A DNA stretch of 64,000 nucleotides from assembly GCF_009914755.1 (NCBI RefSeq), contig NC_060930.1. One strand, given 5' to 3'. How positions within the stretch are numbered: position 1 is the stretch's first letter; the number at the start of each line of letters is the position of its first letter. The position numbers were made by a program, and so were the translations under genes. This document shows, piece after piece, positions 42,929 through 62,802 of the stretch. The notes below the pieces were generated by a model that saw only the letters and a program-made list of their open reading frames with translations, was not told the origin of the DNA and searched no databases. This stretch comes from the human T2T-CHM13v2.0 reference genome, Homo sapiens.

Positions 42929-43014
42929 TAGAAGTCTTAATCACACAGGTTGTTAATTCTTCTCCTTTATGTTATAAATGTAATGCAATTCCTGTTAAAA
43001 TCCAAATAAGATCT

Positions 43015-44960
<1,946 letters not shown>

Positions 44961-45246
44961 AAAATATTTCTTGGTAAATACGGAATTGAAACATGGGGAA
45001 TTAGAATTGATTATTTAAAGGCATCAGGCTGAGATAAGCTGAGGTGTTTGTTTCACAGTAAGGATATCTAAACATTCCAAGCAATTCAAGCTTGTTCTTC
45101 TGCAAGGGAATTCATTGAGCACTCTTGATGTCTGCTTTGATGATGAGCTTTGGTGGCCTTTTCTGACGAGCGCATTTTGCTTCAGATAGTTTGATATACT
45201 CAATCCAGCCAAAGCCAAGTCCTCCAGCTCTCAGGATACTTCTGGG

Positions 45247-45472
45247 TTTTGTTTTGCTTTGGGTTTTCGTTTTGAGACAGGGTCTCCCTCTGTCGCCCAG
45301 GTTAGAGTACAGTGACACAACTTGGGCTCACTGCAACCTCCGCCTCCCAGGCTCAAGCAGTCCTCCCACCTCAGCCTCCCAAGTAGCTGGGACTACAGGC
45401 ATGAGCCACCATACCTGGCTAATTTTTGTATTTTTTTTGTAGAGATGGGGTTTTGGCATATTGCCCAGGCTG
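45247..45472 (-). mobile_element. Alu (AluJ-like, truncated)
   Basis: gagacagggtct…ggctcaagcagtcctcccacctcagcc. Confidence 0.9.
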
Positions 45473-46070
45473 AGGGTACTTCTGTTTTTAAGGTGACTTT
45501 GTATTTCTTTGTTATTATTCTGTCCTAGTGATTTGAAACTTAACTCTCAGAGAGTATCTTATTTCTCTTATTTCCAAGATTTTTGTGGGGAGGGAGGGAT
45601 GAGAATATGCCTCATGATAGCCCCTAAATATTGGCTTAGAGACAAGTGTTGGATTCTCGTAGGCAGGTAATTAGTCTTTGCCTTAAGAGTAATGAGAAGG
45701 CAAATGACCAAGAACAATATGATCCTTTGGTAGCTCGATTCTGCCAACTCCTGTGCTAATGACTTCTAACTTACCATTTTTCACATTTCTGAATCCATCA
45801 AGCCATGAGCAAGAATTACATTTCCTTTGCTGTATTTCTCAATTTCACTGAAATACTAAATCCTAAAAATGATTATTTCCCTTATGGCAATTACCATCAT
45901 GACCTTGCAAAAGCCACATGTGCCAGCTGGAACTTCTCCAGAATTTCTGTTTTAATGAAGGAAAATATTTTATTAAACTAAGAGCATGACTGATAGGAAA
46001 GTAGGATGCATGGGAAAATAGTGAAGTTTATTATCATTACATCTGTTGCCCGGGGCCCATCAGGAAATAG

Positions 46071-46412
<342 letters not shown>

Positions 46413-46983
46413 TGTTCAGCGGAAGGTTCTTCAACCAAGGGACTATCACTAGGGATGTGGGCAGGGAGCTGATGAAAGGCTGGGGCATTCGGATACTAGC
46501 AACAGTGGGAAGCTGTTACAAACCCTGGGCCTCAAGGGAGATGGGGTGGGAGCGTGGACGTTTTGAAATCCAGTGATCTGGCAGAGCCAGGAACTCCTGG
46601 AGGGATGTCACAAGTCCCAGAACCAGGCACCAAAAGTGTGAAGGGAACAGGGAAACAATGCCCAGCTTCCTGCCCTAGGATGTCCTCTGGTGCCTCCCAT
46701 TGACCCAGTCTTAGCAGAAAGCAGCTGAAAAGGACCCCACAGGAGTTCTTTGGAGCAGAGAAAGGCCAAGAGGGTAAAGAATGGATGTGAGGGCACAGGT
46801 GGAGAATGACCAGCTTGCTCTCTGACGGAATGTTTTGTCCTTGAAAAGAGATAACACTTCAAGTAAAATTTTGGCAATGCTTAGCTGTGCTTCCTCAAGG
46901 TTCAGCTGTGTGGTTTCAGGACCTTATAATTTTCAAAAGATAATGAAAAAAATCAGGTTCAGTGGAATCCCAAAGAAACATAT

Positions 46984-47360
46984 TGTTAGGGACTAATAAA
47001 TGTTTGTGTCCCTTCAAAATTCTTATGTTGAAACCCTTAATTCCCAATGTGGTGGTATTTGGAGGTGAGGCCTATGGGAGGTAATTAGTTTTACATGAAA
47101 TCATGACAGTGAGGCCCCCACAATGGGATTAGTGTCCTTTTAAGAAGAAACACCAGAGAGCATGCTTTCTTTCTCTAAATGTGAAGGCACAGCAAGAAGG
47201 TGGCTGTCTGCAAGTCAGGAAGCGAGCCCTCACCAGAAATCAACAGTGCTGGCACCCTGATCTCAGACATCCAGCCTCCAGAACTATGAGAAATAAATTT
47301 CTGTTGTTGAAGCAACCTCGCCTATGGCATTTTGTTATGGCAGCCCAAACTAAGATACAT
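46984..47360 (+). mobile_element. MLT1A-like MaLR solo LTR
   Basis: TG…aatgtttgtgtcccttcaaaattc…tttggaggtgaggcc…ccagcctccagaactatgagaaataaatttctgttg…cagcccaaactaagataCA. Confidence 0.85.
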
Positions 47361-47389
47361 ACCTACAATGAAACATGCATATGTTGAAG

Positions 47390-47570
47390 GCAGTACTTGC
47401 CATCATTTATCAAGCACATGCTTGGTGCTAGGCACTGTGCAAAGTGCTTTATCTGCCCAGAGTCATTTAATCTCCACACCTGTGGGGTAGATACTGTGAC
47501 CCCATTTGACACAGGAAGAAACTGTTGTCCAAGGAATTGTTCATCCATCCTCCAAAGTCACATAACTAGC
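47390..47570 (-). mobile_element. MIR SINE
   Basis: tgctaggcactgtgcaaagtgcttt…tcatttaatctccac…ccaaagtcacataactag. Confidence 0.65.
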
Positions 47571-48236
47571 CAGGGTGGAAGCTTTCTGTCTCTAGAGGGC
47601 AGGCTGTTGTCACTGGTGATAGTTGCTGCCACAAACTGGGACCCTCTGTTCAAATGCCCAGAGTGGAGGGGGCAGCTGCTGTCCCCAGTCACAGGAGGGC
47701 TGGGACAGGTGGTTTGGGGGACAGGCGGTTTGGAGGTTGGGCAGTTTGGGGGTCAGGCAGTTTGTGGGTTAGGCAGATTGCTTGCCTGTTGTCTAGCTTC
47801 TCTCACCAGGATGACAGTAGGAACCTGGCCAGTCTTGTTCATCACTGTATCCACACAGCTTGGCATGTAGCAGGTGCTCAGTAATGTTTGTGAAGTGAAT
47901 ACATGACCCCACCAGATAGAATCAATGTTTGTAACTTACATTGTTTTCACCTGATGACTTTGTGGTTGTGCAAAAATCACCTTTAGCAAAGATAAATGTA
48001 CTGAAATGTTTTTTTAAATCAGTGGTGTCGAAGTGTATCTGAGCACGGAAACCGGTTGAAACTAGTTGCCACTTCCAATCTGGATCACTAACGTGAGCAG
48101 CCCAGCAGGGCAGGTGTGGGAAGTGACACTGCGTGTGGGCTGGCATCATCAGTGTGGTCATAGAGCCTCAGTGCCACAGCTGACATGTGTGCAGAACCTA
48201 TCTGATGCCATTTAAATATTTTTTGGTTTCTGTTAA

Positions 48237-48367
48237 TTTCATTTTTATTTTTTGTAGAGATGGGATCACACTATGTTGCCCAGGCTGGTCTCAAACTCCT
48301 GGGCCTGAAGCAATCCTCCCGTCTCAGCCTCCTAAAGTGCTGGGATTACAGGCATCAGCCACCACAT
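48237..48367 (-). mobile_element. FLAM/Alu left monomer
   Basis: Single reverse left arm. Confidence 0.85.
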
Positions 48368-48454
48368 GCAGTCATCATTTAAATGTCTGTGAGAGCCGTG
48401 GCTTGGCTATATAGGAAGATGAAAAGAGTTCAAAGTCAAAACAGCAGTGACAGA

Positions 48455-48779
<325 letters not shown>

Positions 48780-48871
48780 AGTAGTGACAGAATAGAGAAG
48801 TTTAACTGAAACCTTGGTTGAGGAGATGGTTTCCATGTTCCACATCAGGCAGCAATGTTGAAAGAAGTTTG

Positions 48872-51315
<2,444 letters not shown>

Positions 51316-51449
51316 AAGAAGTTTGAAAGATTAGATAATGCTGTCACTTGAACCCAGGTGTCATGAGCTTTAAGATTAACAACACCTTCTGTAAGGTAAG
51401 GACTTATTTTCCTATATGGTCAGACTACAAGAAAAGCTCACTGGTCCAT

Positions 51450-51471
51450 TAGTAGCAGTAGTAGTAGTAGT

Positions 51472-51502
<31 letters not shown>

Positions 51503-51531
51503 ATAGTAGTAGTACTAGCAGCAGTAGTAGT
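51450..51531. repeat. compound (TAG)n/(CAG)n microsatellite
   Basis: agtagcagtagtagtagtagtagcagcagcagcagcagcagtagtag…. Confidence 0.9.
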
Positions 51532-51612
51532 TTTTTACCATTGATCTGAATTTTTTTTCTTTACATAAAGAAAACCTGAACCCATGACATCATTTCAAAA
51601 ACAAAAACCAAA

Positions 51613-51917
51613 GGCCGGGCGCAGTAGCTCGTGCCTGTAATCCCAGCAATTTGTGGGGCTGAGGCAGGAGAATTGCTTGAGCCCAAGAGTTTGAGATCAG
51701 TCTGGACAACATGGTGAAAACCTGTTTTTACAAAAAATACAATTGGCTGGGCATGATGGTGAGTGCCTGTGGTCCCAGCTACTCAGGAGGCCAAGGTCAG
51801 AGAATCGCTTGAGCCCAAGAGGTTAAGGCTACAGTGAGCTATGATCATGCCATTACATTCCAGCCTATGTGACAGAGTGAGACTCTGTCTCAAACAAAGA
51901 CAAAGCAAAACAAAAAG
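51613..51917 (+). mobile_element. Alu (AluJ-like)
   Basis: ggccgggcgcagtagctc…ttgcttgagcccaagag. Confidence 0.9.
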
Positions 51918-52269
51918 CGGGTGGACAACTTGCACATTCCTGTCCAAATGCCAAGTCTCCTGCAGTACTGCGTTCTGAGCCTGGTGAAGGTAAGTACAGG
52001 AAGTAAAATGCTCTGGAAACTGACAGAACTAAGGAAGCGATACAAATGCTGGGAGAGAACAGACATGCTGTAGTTAATTCCAGGTGCCTTAATGAGAAAC
52101 AAGTGAGATCAGTTCATGGGCAGGTCTTAGAAACAGAGAACAGAGAAGCTGAGTTCAGCTGAATGAAGTACCTGTCCACATCCTAGGCACGTGCCTCTCA
52201 CTGCCCCACCACTCTGGGCTTCTTGGAGTCAACATACTTCCTCAGCACAAGACTTTTTAGAATTCTTTT

Positions 52270-52878
52270 TAAATTCTTTTTAAATTAAAATTGTATATAC
52301 ATATGGTATACAACATGATATTTCTGATATATGTATATGTTGTGGAATGATTAAATCAAGCTACTTAATTTGTGCATTGCCTTACATACTTAGCATTTTT
52401 TGTATTAAGAACACTTAAAAATCTCTCTTAGCAATTTTCAAGTGTAAAATATATTATTATTAACTATAGTTACCATGATGTACAATAGATCTTTTGAACA
52501 TTCCTCCTGTCTACCTGGAATTTTTTATCCTTTGACCAACGTCTCTCCAATCCCTCCTCCCCCCAGCCCTAGCTTTTTAGTTTGATATAATCCTATTTGT
52601 TTATTGTTGCTTGTGTTTTTGGGGTCATATCCAAAAAATCGTTGCTCAGACCAATGTCATAGAGATTTTCTCCTAGGTTTTCTTCTGGCAGTTTTACAGT
52701 TTCACTTGTTACATTGAAGTCTTTAAACCATTTTGAGTTTGTTTTTGTATATGATGTGAGATGAGGATCTAATTTCATTCTTCTGCACGTGGGTAACCAG
52801 TTTTCCCAACACCACTTATTGAAGAGACTGTCCTTTCCCCATTGTGTGCTCCTGACATTTTTGTCAAAAATCAATTGG
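52270..52878 (-). mobile_element. L1MA-type remnant: 3'UTR end (~52270-52565) abutting an ORF2 fragment (~52572-52878)
   Basis: Track ORF 52593..52892(-) reads QLIFDK…[15 protein letters not shown]. 3' end motif taactatagttaccatgatgtacaatagatc. Confidence 0.85.
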
Positions 52879-53318
52879 GATGTGCCTGACACTGGTCAGT
52901 TTTGGCTGTAGGTAGGGTTGCCTGGGACAAGTGCAGGCTCAGAGCTGGAGTCTCATGTAGGACTTGGCTGCCTGGCCAATAAGTGATTTGAACACCTTGA
53001 GAAGACAATCCAGGTTTTTTGGGGATAATGAAATTGTTCTTTCCATTGGGTGAACCGTAGTTCTAGCCCTATAAAAGTTTAGAATTAGAAATGGAGATGC
53101 TGAAGTAAACCAAACTATGCTATTTATACCTTTGTATAAAGTTCAAGAAATCATTGAGACAATCTGAGTGTACGTAGATTTTAAGTGTTCGTAATAAGAG
53201 GATTGGGCACATTAGAACAAAGACAGCCCTGCTTGTGATTCCACTTAAAATGCATAATTAAGTAATTACACATTTTGATTTCAGACATGATTTTAGATTG
53301 AGTTTAAAATTTGATTAG

Positions 53319-53610
53319 ACCAGGCGCTGTGGCTCCTGCCTGTAATCCCAGCAGTTTGGGAGGCCAACGGGAGGTGATCATTTGAGGTCAGGAATTCGAG
53401 ACCAGCTTGGCCAACATAGTGAGACCTCTTCTCTACTAAAAATACAAAAATTAGCCAGGTGTGGTGGTGCGCACCTGTAATCAATCCCAGCTACTCAGGA
53501 GGCTGAGGCAGGAGAATCGCTTGAACCCAGGAGGCAGAGATTGCAGTGAGCTGAGATCGCACAGTTGCACTTCAGCCTGGACCACAGAGTGAGACTCCAT
53601 ATCAAAAAAA
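53319..53610 (+). mobile_element. Alu (AluS-like)
   Basis: Alu consensus. Confidence 0.9.
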
Positions 53611-54832
53611 ATCTTTTAAAATTAATTTTATAGAAGAATGTTTAAGTGAGCTTAAGAGTCACTATATTTATAGGCTTAATGTATTACATTTATTACCATT
53701 GTTAAGGATTTGGAATGGCTTTGCTCTTTAGAATAGGCATTTGAAGCAGTCCAAAGGAAAATGGAATATATTACATTTATCACTGCAGTTTCACATATTT
53801 GAGGGAATTTAATTAACCACAAGTAAATGGGAATTATTAAGGAAGTTTAGTCTGTTCAACTTGATGTGATCAGTCATTGATAAAAGAAAATGAAATTAAC
53901 TATTCTTGTTTTGCTAGATGTATAAGTAGACTAAGAGTTGTCATTTGACCTTAGTGGCTCAAGGAAAACTTAGGTTTTAAAATGTGGCATACCCTCCTCC
54001 TTTCCAGTTTCCTTCAGCCTTTCCCCAAGAGGCTCAGGGGTCCCTGTGCTTTAGAGATTGGGGGGCAGGAAGGCTGCCCATGAAGGCTTCAGGACAAGTG
54101 GTGAGATGTGCTGCTGCCTCTCTAGGAGGGTCAGGGACTGAGACTGCTTACAGGGTCCAAAGGAGATCTGGCTTTACCTCTTGGGACAGGTGCCTTGTGA
54201 AAAAGCCATACACATTTCCTAAAAAGAAATGTCTTCAGCAACAGAGATCAGCAACAAATGGAACCACACTGCACCTGCCAGAGCCTGAGGTGCCACACTG
54301 CACCCCTCTCCAAGATGTGCCCGCTTTGCACTTTTGCCTACTCAGAACTAGGTCCTGGAGTCATATTAGCTATTACCCTTTGTCCAATGCTGTACAGATG
54401 ACACCATTGCCAGTTACCTCTGCATCAATTTTATAGGAAAGCTGGTCTCAAGGCACTGTAAGTCTTATTTTAAAGACAAGGAGCATTACTCGGGTTTCAA
54501 TAATGCATAGATCTGGAGCCTGATAAGACATAAGAGAAGGAGCATTTATCCAGCTGGCAGCAATTAGTAATGGAATGGCACATTTTGAGCCAAGGAATTA
54601 CACAGCCCCCTAAGGGAAGGGTTAGTGTTATAAGAATGATACACCGGCCATGTCTCAGGCCCCTGGCTATGTCTCAGCCACTCACTGGAGTCTTCAGCCT
54701 ATGCACATGGGATACATAAACTGCAAATGGCATGTCCAAATAAAGACCCATCACAAGACAGAAGACAAGAAATCACATTGATGAGATGGACACCCAGTAA
54801 GAATCTGTTGACTTGCCTAGGCAGGTAGGGGA

Positions 54833-55080
54833 TTGTCTTAGTTCATTTTCATGCTGCTGATAAAGACATACCTGAGATTGGGAAGAAAAAAGGGGTTTAA
54901 TGGACTTACAGTTCCACATGGCTGAGGAGGCCTCACAATCATGGCAGAAGGCAAGGAGGAGCAAGTCACATCTTACATGGATGGCGTCAGACAAAGAGAG
55001 AGAGTTTATGCAGGGAAACTCCCGCTTTTAAAACCATCAGATCTGGAGAGATTCATGCACTATCATGAGAACAGCACAGG
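54833..55080 (-). mobile_element. THE1 MaLR LTR, partial
   Basis: tgctgctgataaagacatacctgag…acagttccacatggctgaggaggcctcacaatcatggcagaaggcaaggaggagcaagtcacatcttacatgg. Confidence 0.88.
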
Positions 55081-55389
55081 TATATCAAGGATATATCTGC
55101 TGTCTCAGAGCTAGATGATGATGAAGCAAGGACAAGGATCCCAGATACCCAACACTTTAATGTTCCCTATACCGTGATTCTAGTTACATTTAGCAAAGGT
55201 AAAACCTAAATTATGTGGATTCCAATTAAACGGGACAGGAGCAGCATAAAATATGCTTTCCTCAATGGATAGTATAATTTATTCTAGACCAATTGTGTAA
55301 ACAAAATAGGAGTGAAATAATAGGCATATGAACAGACATTTCAAACACTCATGTCCTTTAGAATCACCACCTTATGGTAACTGATATGG

Positions 55390-55391
<2 letters not shown>

Positions 55392-55421
<30 letters not shown>
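55392..55421. repeat. (CA)n microsatellite
   Basis: About 15 CA units. Confidence 0.95.
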
Positions 55422-55422
<1 letters not shown>

Positions 55423-55689
55423 CCTTATTCATTTTCAAAGGCAATCTAAGGATTTCCAATTGTTAGCTTAATTTGTTTAAAATGCAATTGAGAGTAAAAA
55501 AAATCTATTAGACCATTTTCTCTAACTTAAATTGACCTTTATTTACTAAGATTCACAAGTGAGTTCTTTCACAGAGTCTGTAAAAGGTAGAATGGGGAGA
55601 TATTTGAGACAAAGGAAATGATATTATTAAAGACTTCAAAATATGTTTGGGTCTCTTCTGGTAAAGCCTCCTTGTTCCCCCAGGTTAAG

Positions 55690-55906
55690 ACAAGACTGCC
55701 TCTCCTTACTCTCAAAGTACACATCTCTATCACAGTCCTTCCCCTAAGGCATCTTGTGATCACTGGTTATTGGGTTTCTCTCTCTTTCTAGACCAAGAGT
55801 TCCTTGAGGGCAGGAACTCTCTCTTTCTCTGTGGTCCCAGTACCTAACCCAATCCCAGGTACCCAGCAGAGACTGAGTAGATATTTCCTACTTATCACTG
55901 GATGAC
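55690..55906 (+). mobile_element. L2 3' end remnant (donor of the 23524-23617 copy)
   Basis: ctagaccaagagttccttgagggcaggaac…gtcccagtacctaacccaatcccaggtacccagcag. Confidence 0.65.
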
Positions 55907-56311
55907 TCAGTTGCCGCTCCAGGTGTGAGAGATTGGCTTGTGGTAGATGAAAGGAGCATGCATGGATATGGTGAACTGACCCTCAGCCACTATTCCACTC
56001 GCTTTCTAGAGGCCTTTCTCTCCTGCAGAGGCAGAAAACTAAAGGCTGCTTCTCTGGAATCCTGTGCAGCCAGTGTTCTGTGTGTGAATTCAGTTCTATC
56101 AATTAGATGTGCTTTCCTGAGATTTGGATGTGGAAAGTGACATGCGGCAAGGGCAGGTCACCCTTCTCCACCTTGATTGTTGCTGCTGGCCAGACAGGTG
56201 GTAGAGAGACTGGGTTTATTCCCAAGTGTCCAGTCACTAGTGGTGTGCATTTTGGGGGACTTCATGGGTGTATGGGTGGCTCCCTGATATCTGGATTGCA
56301 GCAAGGATGGG

Positions 56312-56618
<307 letters not shown>

Positions 56619-57183
56619 TAACACTTCCAGTGGAAGCCTCTGGAACCCCACCTGCCTGATTGGAGAATTCCCCTGGAGATCCAGTTTGGTGGTCTTGCAT
56701 GGGGTTCATTCCTGGCAGTCAGCCAGGCAAAGATCCTCCAGCCTCCCAGTGATTTTGTAAGCCCTGAATTATCTGTATACTTCTCTCTGTGCTTCAGATT
56801 ATTGGAATGGCTTCTGTCTGCTGCCTCTGAACCTTGACTGATGTAATGGAAAGGAGAAAGAAACCTGCTTGAAAGGAAGGCTTGCGGGACTTGATAGTAC
56901 AATGTAGAGAACATAAGGCAATGAGAGGTGCCAGAGAAGTTACTAGGAAATGAGAGGCTCCCCTAACTCACGCGTATCTGTCTTAGACTCCGCCTTCACC
57001 ATGTTGATAGGTCATGCAAGTACAGATGTCTGTGGAAGGACCGAGAGTGATAGGGGTTAGGGGGAGAGATTTAAGAGCCATCAGCATACACCTAGTAACA
57101 AAAGTGTATACGTAGAGACAAGCTCCTTGAAGAAGAGCTTGCAGAGACTCGAACTGGGAATCACTTCTTATTTTATGCTCTTA

Positions 57184-58108
<925 letters not shown>

Positions 58109-58109
58109 T

Positions 58110-58181
58110 GGGCTCAAGCAGTCTGTCCACCTCAGCCTTTCAAAGTGCTGGTATTACAGGCATGAGCCACTGTGCTCAGCC
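58110..58181 (-). mobile_element. Alu 5' fragment
   Basis: ggctcaagcagtctgtccacctcagcctttcaaagtgctggtattacaggcatgagccactgtgctcagcc. Confidence 0.85.
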
Positions 58182-60565
58182 AGATGTTGCATTTTTTATA
58201 AATTGAAGTATTGTGGCAACTCTGTGTCAAGGAAGTCTATCAGTGTCATTTTTTCAACAATATGTGCTCGCTTCAAGTCTCTGTGTCACATTTAGGTAAT
58301 TTTCACAATATTTCAAACTTTTTCATTATTATTATAACTATTATGATGATCTGTGATTGGAGATCTTTGATGTTACTATTGTAATTGTTTTGGGGCACCA
58401 GGAATCACACCCATATAAGATGGGGAACTTAATAAATGTTGTGTGTGTTCGGACTGCTTCACTGACCTGCCATTCCCCTATATCTCTCCCTCTCCTCAGG
58501 CTTCCCTATTCCCCGAGACACACAATATTGAAATTAGGCCAACTAATAACCCTATAATGGCCTCTAAGTGTTCAAGTGAAAAGAAGAGTCTCTCACTTTA
58601 AATCAAAAGCTAGAAATGGTTAAGCTCAGTGAGGAAGGTATGTCAAAAACCAAGATAGGCTGAAAGCTAGGCCTTCTATGCCAATTAGCCAAGTTGTGAA
58701 TGCAAAGGAAAAGTTCTTGAAGGAAAAGTGTTACTCTAGTGAACATACGAAGGATGAGAAAGTGAAATAGGCTTATTGTTGCCATGGAGAAAGTCTGGAT
58801 CAAAGATCAAACCAGCCACAACATTCCCTTAAGCCAAAGCTTAATACAGAGCAAGACCCTAACTCTTTTCAATTCTATGAAGGCTGAGAGAGATGAGGAA
58901 GCTGCAAAAGAAAAGTTTGAAGCTAGCAGAGATTGGCTCGTGGGGATTAAGGGAAGAAGCCATCTCCATAACATAAAAGTGCAAGGTGCTGCAGCAAGTT
59001 ATCCAGAAGCTCTAGGTAAAATAATGGATGAAGGTAACTATGAAAAACAACAATTTACAATGTTGTCAAAACAGCCTTCCATTGGAAGAAGATGCTGTTT
59101 AGGACTTTCATAACTACAGAAGGGTCAATGCCTGGCTTCAAAGCTTCACAGAACAGGCTGATTCTCTTGTTAGGGGCTAATGCACCTGGTGACTTTAAAT
59201 TAAGTCAATGTTCATTTACTATTCCAAGAATCCCAGGGCACTTAAGAACTATGATGCATCTACTCTACTCTGTGCTCTACGAATGTAACAACAAAGCCTG
59301 AATGACAGCACATATGTTTTTAGTCATGGTTTACTGAATATTTTAAGCCCACAGTTGAGACCTACTGCTAAGAGAAAAGATTCTTTTCAAACTATTACTA
59401 CTTATTCATAATGCACCTGGTCACCCAAGAACTCTGATGGAGATGTACAAGGAGATTCATGTTGTTTTCATGACTACTAACACAACATCCATGCTGCAGT
59501 CTATAGATCAAGAAGTAAATTTGACTTTCAAGTCTTAATATTTAAGAAATACATTTAGTAGTAAGACTATACCTGCCATAGATAGTGATCTCTGACAGAT
59601 CTGGACAAACAGCCAAAAGATTATAACTCAACAAAAGCTGAGATTATCATTAGTGATTTATAGCAATAAGGTATTTTTTAATTATGGAAGGGAAAACCTT
59701 CTGGCAAGGAGTCACCATTCTAGATGCCATGAACAACATTCATGATTTGTAGGAGATGGTTAAAATGTCAACATTAACAAGGGTTTAGAAGAAGTTGATT
59801 CCAACCCTCATGGATGACTTTGAGAGGTTCAAGACTTCAGTGGAGGAAGGAACTGCAAGTGTGGTGGAAATAATAAAAGAAATAGAATTATAAGTGGAGC
59901 CTGAAGATGTGACTATATTGCTGCAATCTCATAAAACTTACACATATGAGGAGTTGCTTCTTATAGATAAACAAAGAAAGTGGTTCCTTGAGGTGGAATC
60001 TGGTTCTGGTGAAGATGTCGTGAACATTGTTGAAATGACCACAAAGGATTTAGAATATTCCATAAACTTAGTTGATAAAGCAGCAGCAGGTTTGAGAAGA
60101 CTGACTTGAATTTTGGAAGGAGATCTACTGTGGGTAAAAAGCCATCAAACAGTATCACATTGCTACAGAGAAATCTTTTGTGAAAGAAAAAAATCAATTG
60201 ATGCAAAAAACTTCATTGTTGTCTTAAGAAATTACCAAAGCTACCCCAACCTTCAGCAATCACCACCCTGACCAGTCAGCAACCATCAACATCAAGACAA
60301 TACCCTCCACCAGCAAAAAGATTACAACTCAATGAAAGCTGAGGTGATCATTAGTGATTTATAGCAATAAAGTATTTTTTAATTAAGGCATGTACATTGT
60401 TATTTTAAATAATACTATTGCATACCTAGTCTACTACCACATAGTATAAACATAATTTTTATATGCACAGGGAAACAAATAAATTTGTGTGACTTACTTT
60501 ATTGTGATGTTCACTTTATTGCAGTGGTCTGGAACCAAACCCACAGTATCTTCAAGCTTTGCCTG
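58181..60565 (+). mobile_element. near full-length Tigger1 (TcMar/pogo) DNA transposon with decayed transposase; left TIR missing
   Basis: Track ORFs 58784-60109 give Tigger1 transposase pieces ([20 protein letters not shown]…, MPGFKAS…LLLGANA…). Right end …ggtctggaaccaaacccacagtatcttcaagctttgcctg followed by TA. Confidence 0.93.
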
Positions 60566-60567
60566 TA

Positions 60568-62450
60568 GATCCACTATCATTTATTGAAAAGACCATCCTT
60601 TTTCTGAACTTTGTGTTATATTCTGGTGATCTATTTTGTTTTCATTTCACTGATACCTTAATATTAACTTCATTTTACAATAAAACTTGATATTTGCTAA
60701 TAAAAATCTTGCAACTTCTTTTGTTGATCAAGATTGTTTTAACTTTTCTTGGCCCTTTGCATTTCCATATAATTTAAAAATCAATCTGTCAATTTCCAAT
60801 TTGTCAGTGAACTGCAGCCATTTTTTTTATTGGGACTGCATTGAATCTACTGATGGATTTGAGTAGAATTAACCCTTAAAATATTGAGTCTTCTAATTGA
60901 TGAACATGGTATATTTTTAAATTTATTTAGATCTTTTCAAATATTTTCAGGATATTTTGTAGTGTTCAGTATGGAGACTTTACCCATCTTCTGTTCAATT
61001 TATTCCTATTTGATGATTTTTGCTTTTATTATAAATGGTATGGTCTTTTAAATTTCATTTTCTATTCTTTTCTAACATATAGAAATACAATGTTAACCTC
61101 AGAATTGTCTTATTGTTGCGCCTTTGAGGATAATATTTTTTCTCTTTTATTCTGAAGATTTTATTTCCTTTAACTTTAGTTTTCAGCAGTCTTACAATGA
61201 CATATCTATGTATGATTTACTTTTGTATTTATCTTGGTTAGAGATTTTTGAATATAAATACAGCTCAGATGCACAAATACAAAATGCAAGAAGGAGAAAT
61301 ACAGCTTCTTGAATTTGTGGCTTGAGGTCTTTTGTCAGTTTTGGGAAATAGTTTCTGCCAGATTCTCTCTCCTCTCTAGGAATTTTAATTGCACATATAT
61401 TAGAACTTTCTACCATGTTTCATGTACCTCTTTTCTCTATTTTTGAATCCTTTTTCTCTGAGCTTCAATTCGGATTTTTGGACTGAACTATCTTCCAGTT
61501 TGCTAATGTTCTCTTCTGCTTTTAGTTATCATCAAGTTCAGGTTTAGAGCTATCAATCCAGTTATTATATTGTTCAGCTATAGAATTCCCATTTAAGTTT
61601 TAAAATAGATACCAGTTCTCAATAAAATCTCCACATTTTAATCTATTTTATGACTATTTCCATAAGTTATTTTAAAGTCTGAGTCTGATAAACTTAATAT
61701 CTGGATCAAATGTGTTTCTCTTTCCATTGTCTTATTTTTTTTCTCTCTCTCTCTCTCTCCGTTGTATTTTGGTCTTTGGTCATATTTTCTGGTGTGCCTG
61801 GTAATTACAGATTAAATGCTGGACATTACGTATAAAAACTACAGAAGGACTAAATGATGATTTCCTTACTACAGAGAGCATTCGGTTTTATCTGGGCAGC
61901 AGATCACCTTGATCAAATCAGAAATTGAGCTGATTGGAGCCGAGTTTTGGGTTTTGTAAGGGCTATTTTTTCTCTTATTTGCCCTTACTCTTCAGATGTG
62001 GCCCTTTAGGGGTTCTCAATTAAAGGCCTGAAGTGCCTACCAGGAATTCTCTTTTTTGGAAGGTCCTGAACTCTGAGTTTTGTCTTCCTAGGACCATGAG
62101 ACTACTAAAATCTCTGGTTAACAAGCAGTTTGTTGAGTGGTTTCTTGGTTTCTTGCCTCTTGGACTGTGCATGTTTAGTTTAGAAATAGGGCAATTCCTT
62201 GAGGAAACATTACACGGAGAATGTAGGGCTCGCTTCTCTAGAACCCTGGTTCCTCAAATCATTTGATAGTCATGAATTCTACTTTTCTCCCCAGCCCAGT
62301 AAGACTCTTGTAACACAAGGTATTATTAATTTATTTGGCCTCTATTCTGCAGAAAATTATCTATACCAAATAGTGGTGGCTTACCTCAATGCATTTTATT
62401 TCTCTCCAGTATCTTGGCCCTTTAAATCCTGGTGGCTTTGTTACTCTCTG
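60568..62450 (-). mobile_element. old L1M remnants (ORF2, then ORF1/5' region)
   Basis: catttattgaaaagacc…ggccctttgcatttccatat…tgggactgcattgaatcta. ORF1-like translation FPKLTKDLKPQIQEA in track ORF 61192..61416(-). Confidence 0.7.
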
Positions 62451-62502
62451 TTGTTTAGAGCTGTTTTTCTTAGGGGGACTGCTTTATCCTGCCCTTATGG
62501 GG

Positions 62503-62802
62503 TTTTTTTTTTTAATTTTTTGAGAGAGGATTTCACTTTGTTGCCCAGGGTAGAGTGCAGGGGCATGATCTTGACTGCGACCCCTACCTCCTGGGCTCAA
62601 GCCATCCTCCCACTGTTCAGCCTCCCAAGTAGCTGGGACTACAGGTGTACACTCACGATGCCCAGCTAATTTTTGTATTTTTAGTAGGGGTGGGGTTTCA
62701 TCAGGTTGCCCAGACTGGTCTTCAACTCCTAAGCTCAAGTAATCCTCCCACCTCGGCCGCCCAGGGTGCTCGGGTTACAGGCGTGAGCCACCATGCCTGG
62801 CC
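62503..62802 (-). mobile_element. Alu (AluJ-like)
   Basis: Reverse Alu consensus. Confidence 0.9.

Noticed and set aside
58784-60109. Active or domesticated pogo transposase (TIGD1-like)
   Set aside because: Multiple stops and frameshifts, an internal insertion and a missing left TIR.
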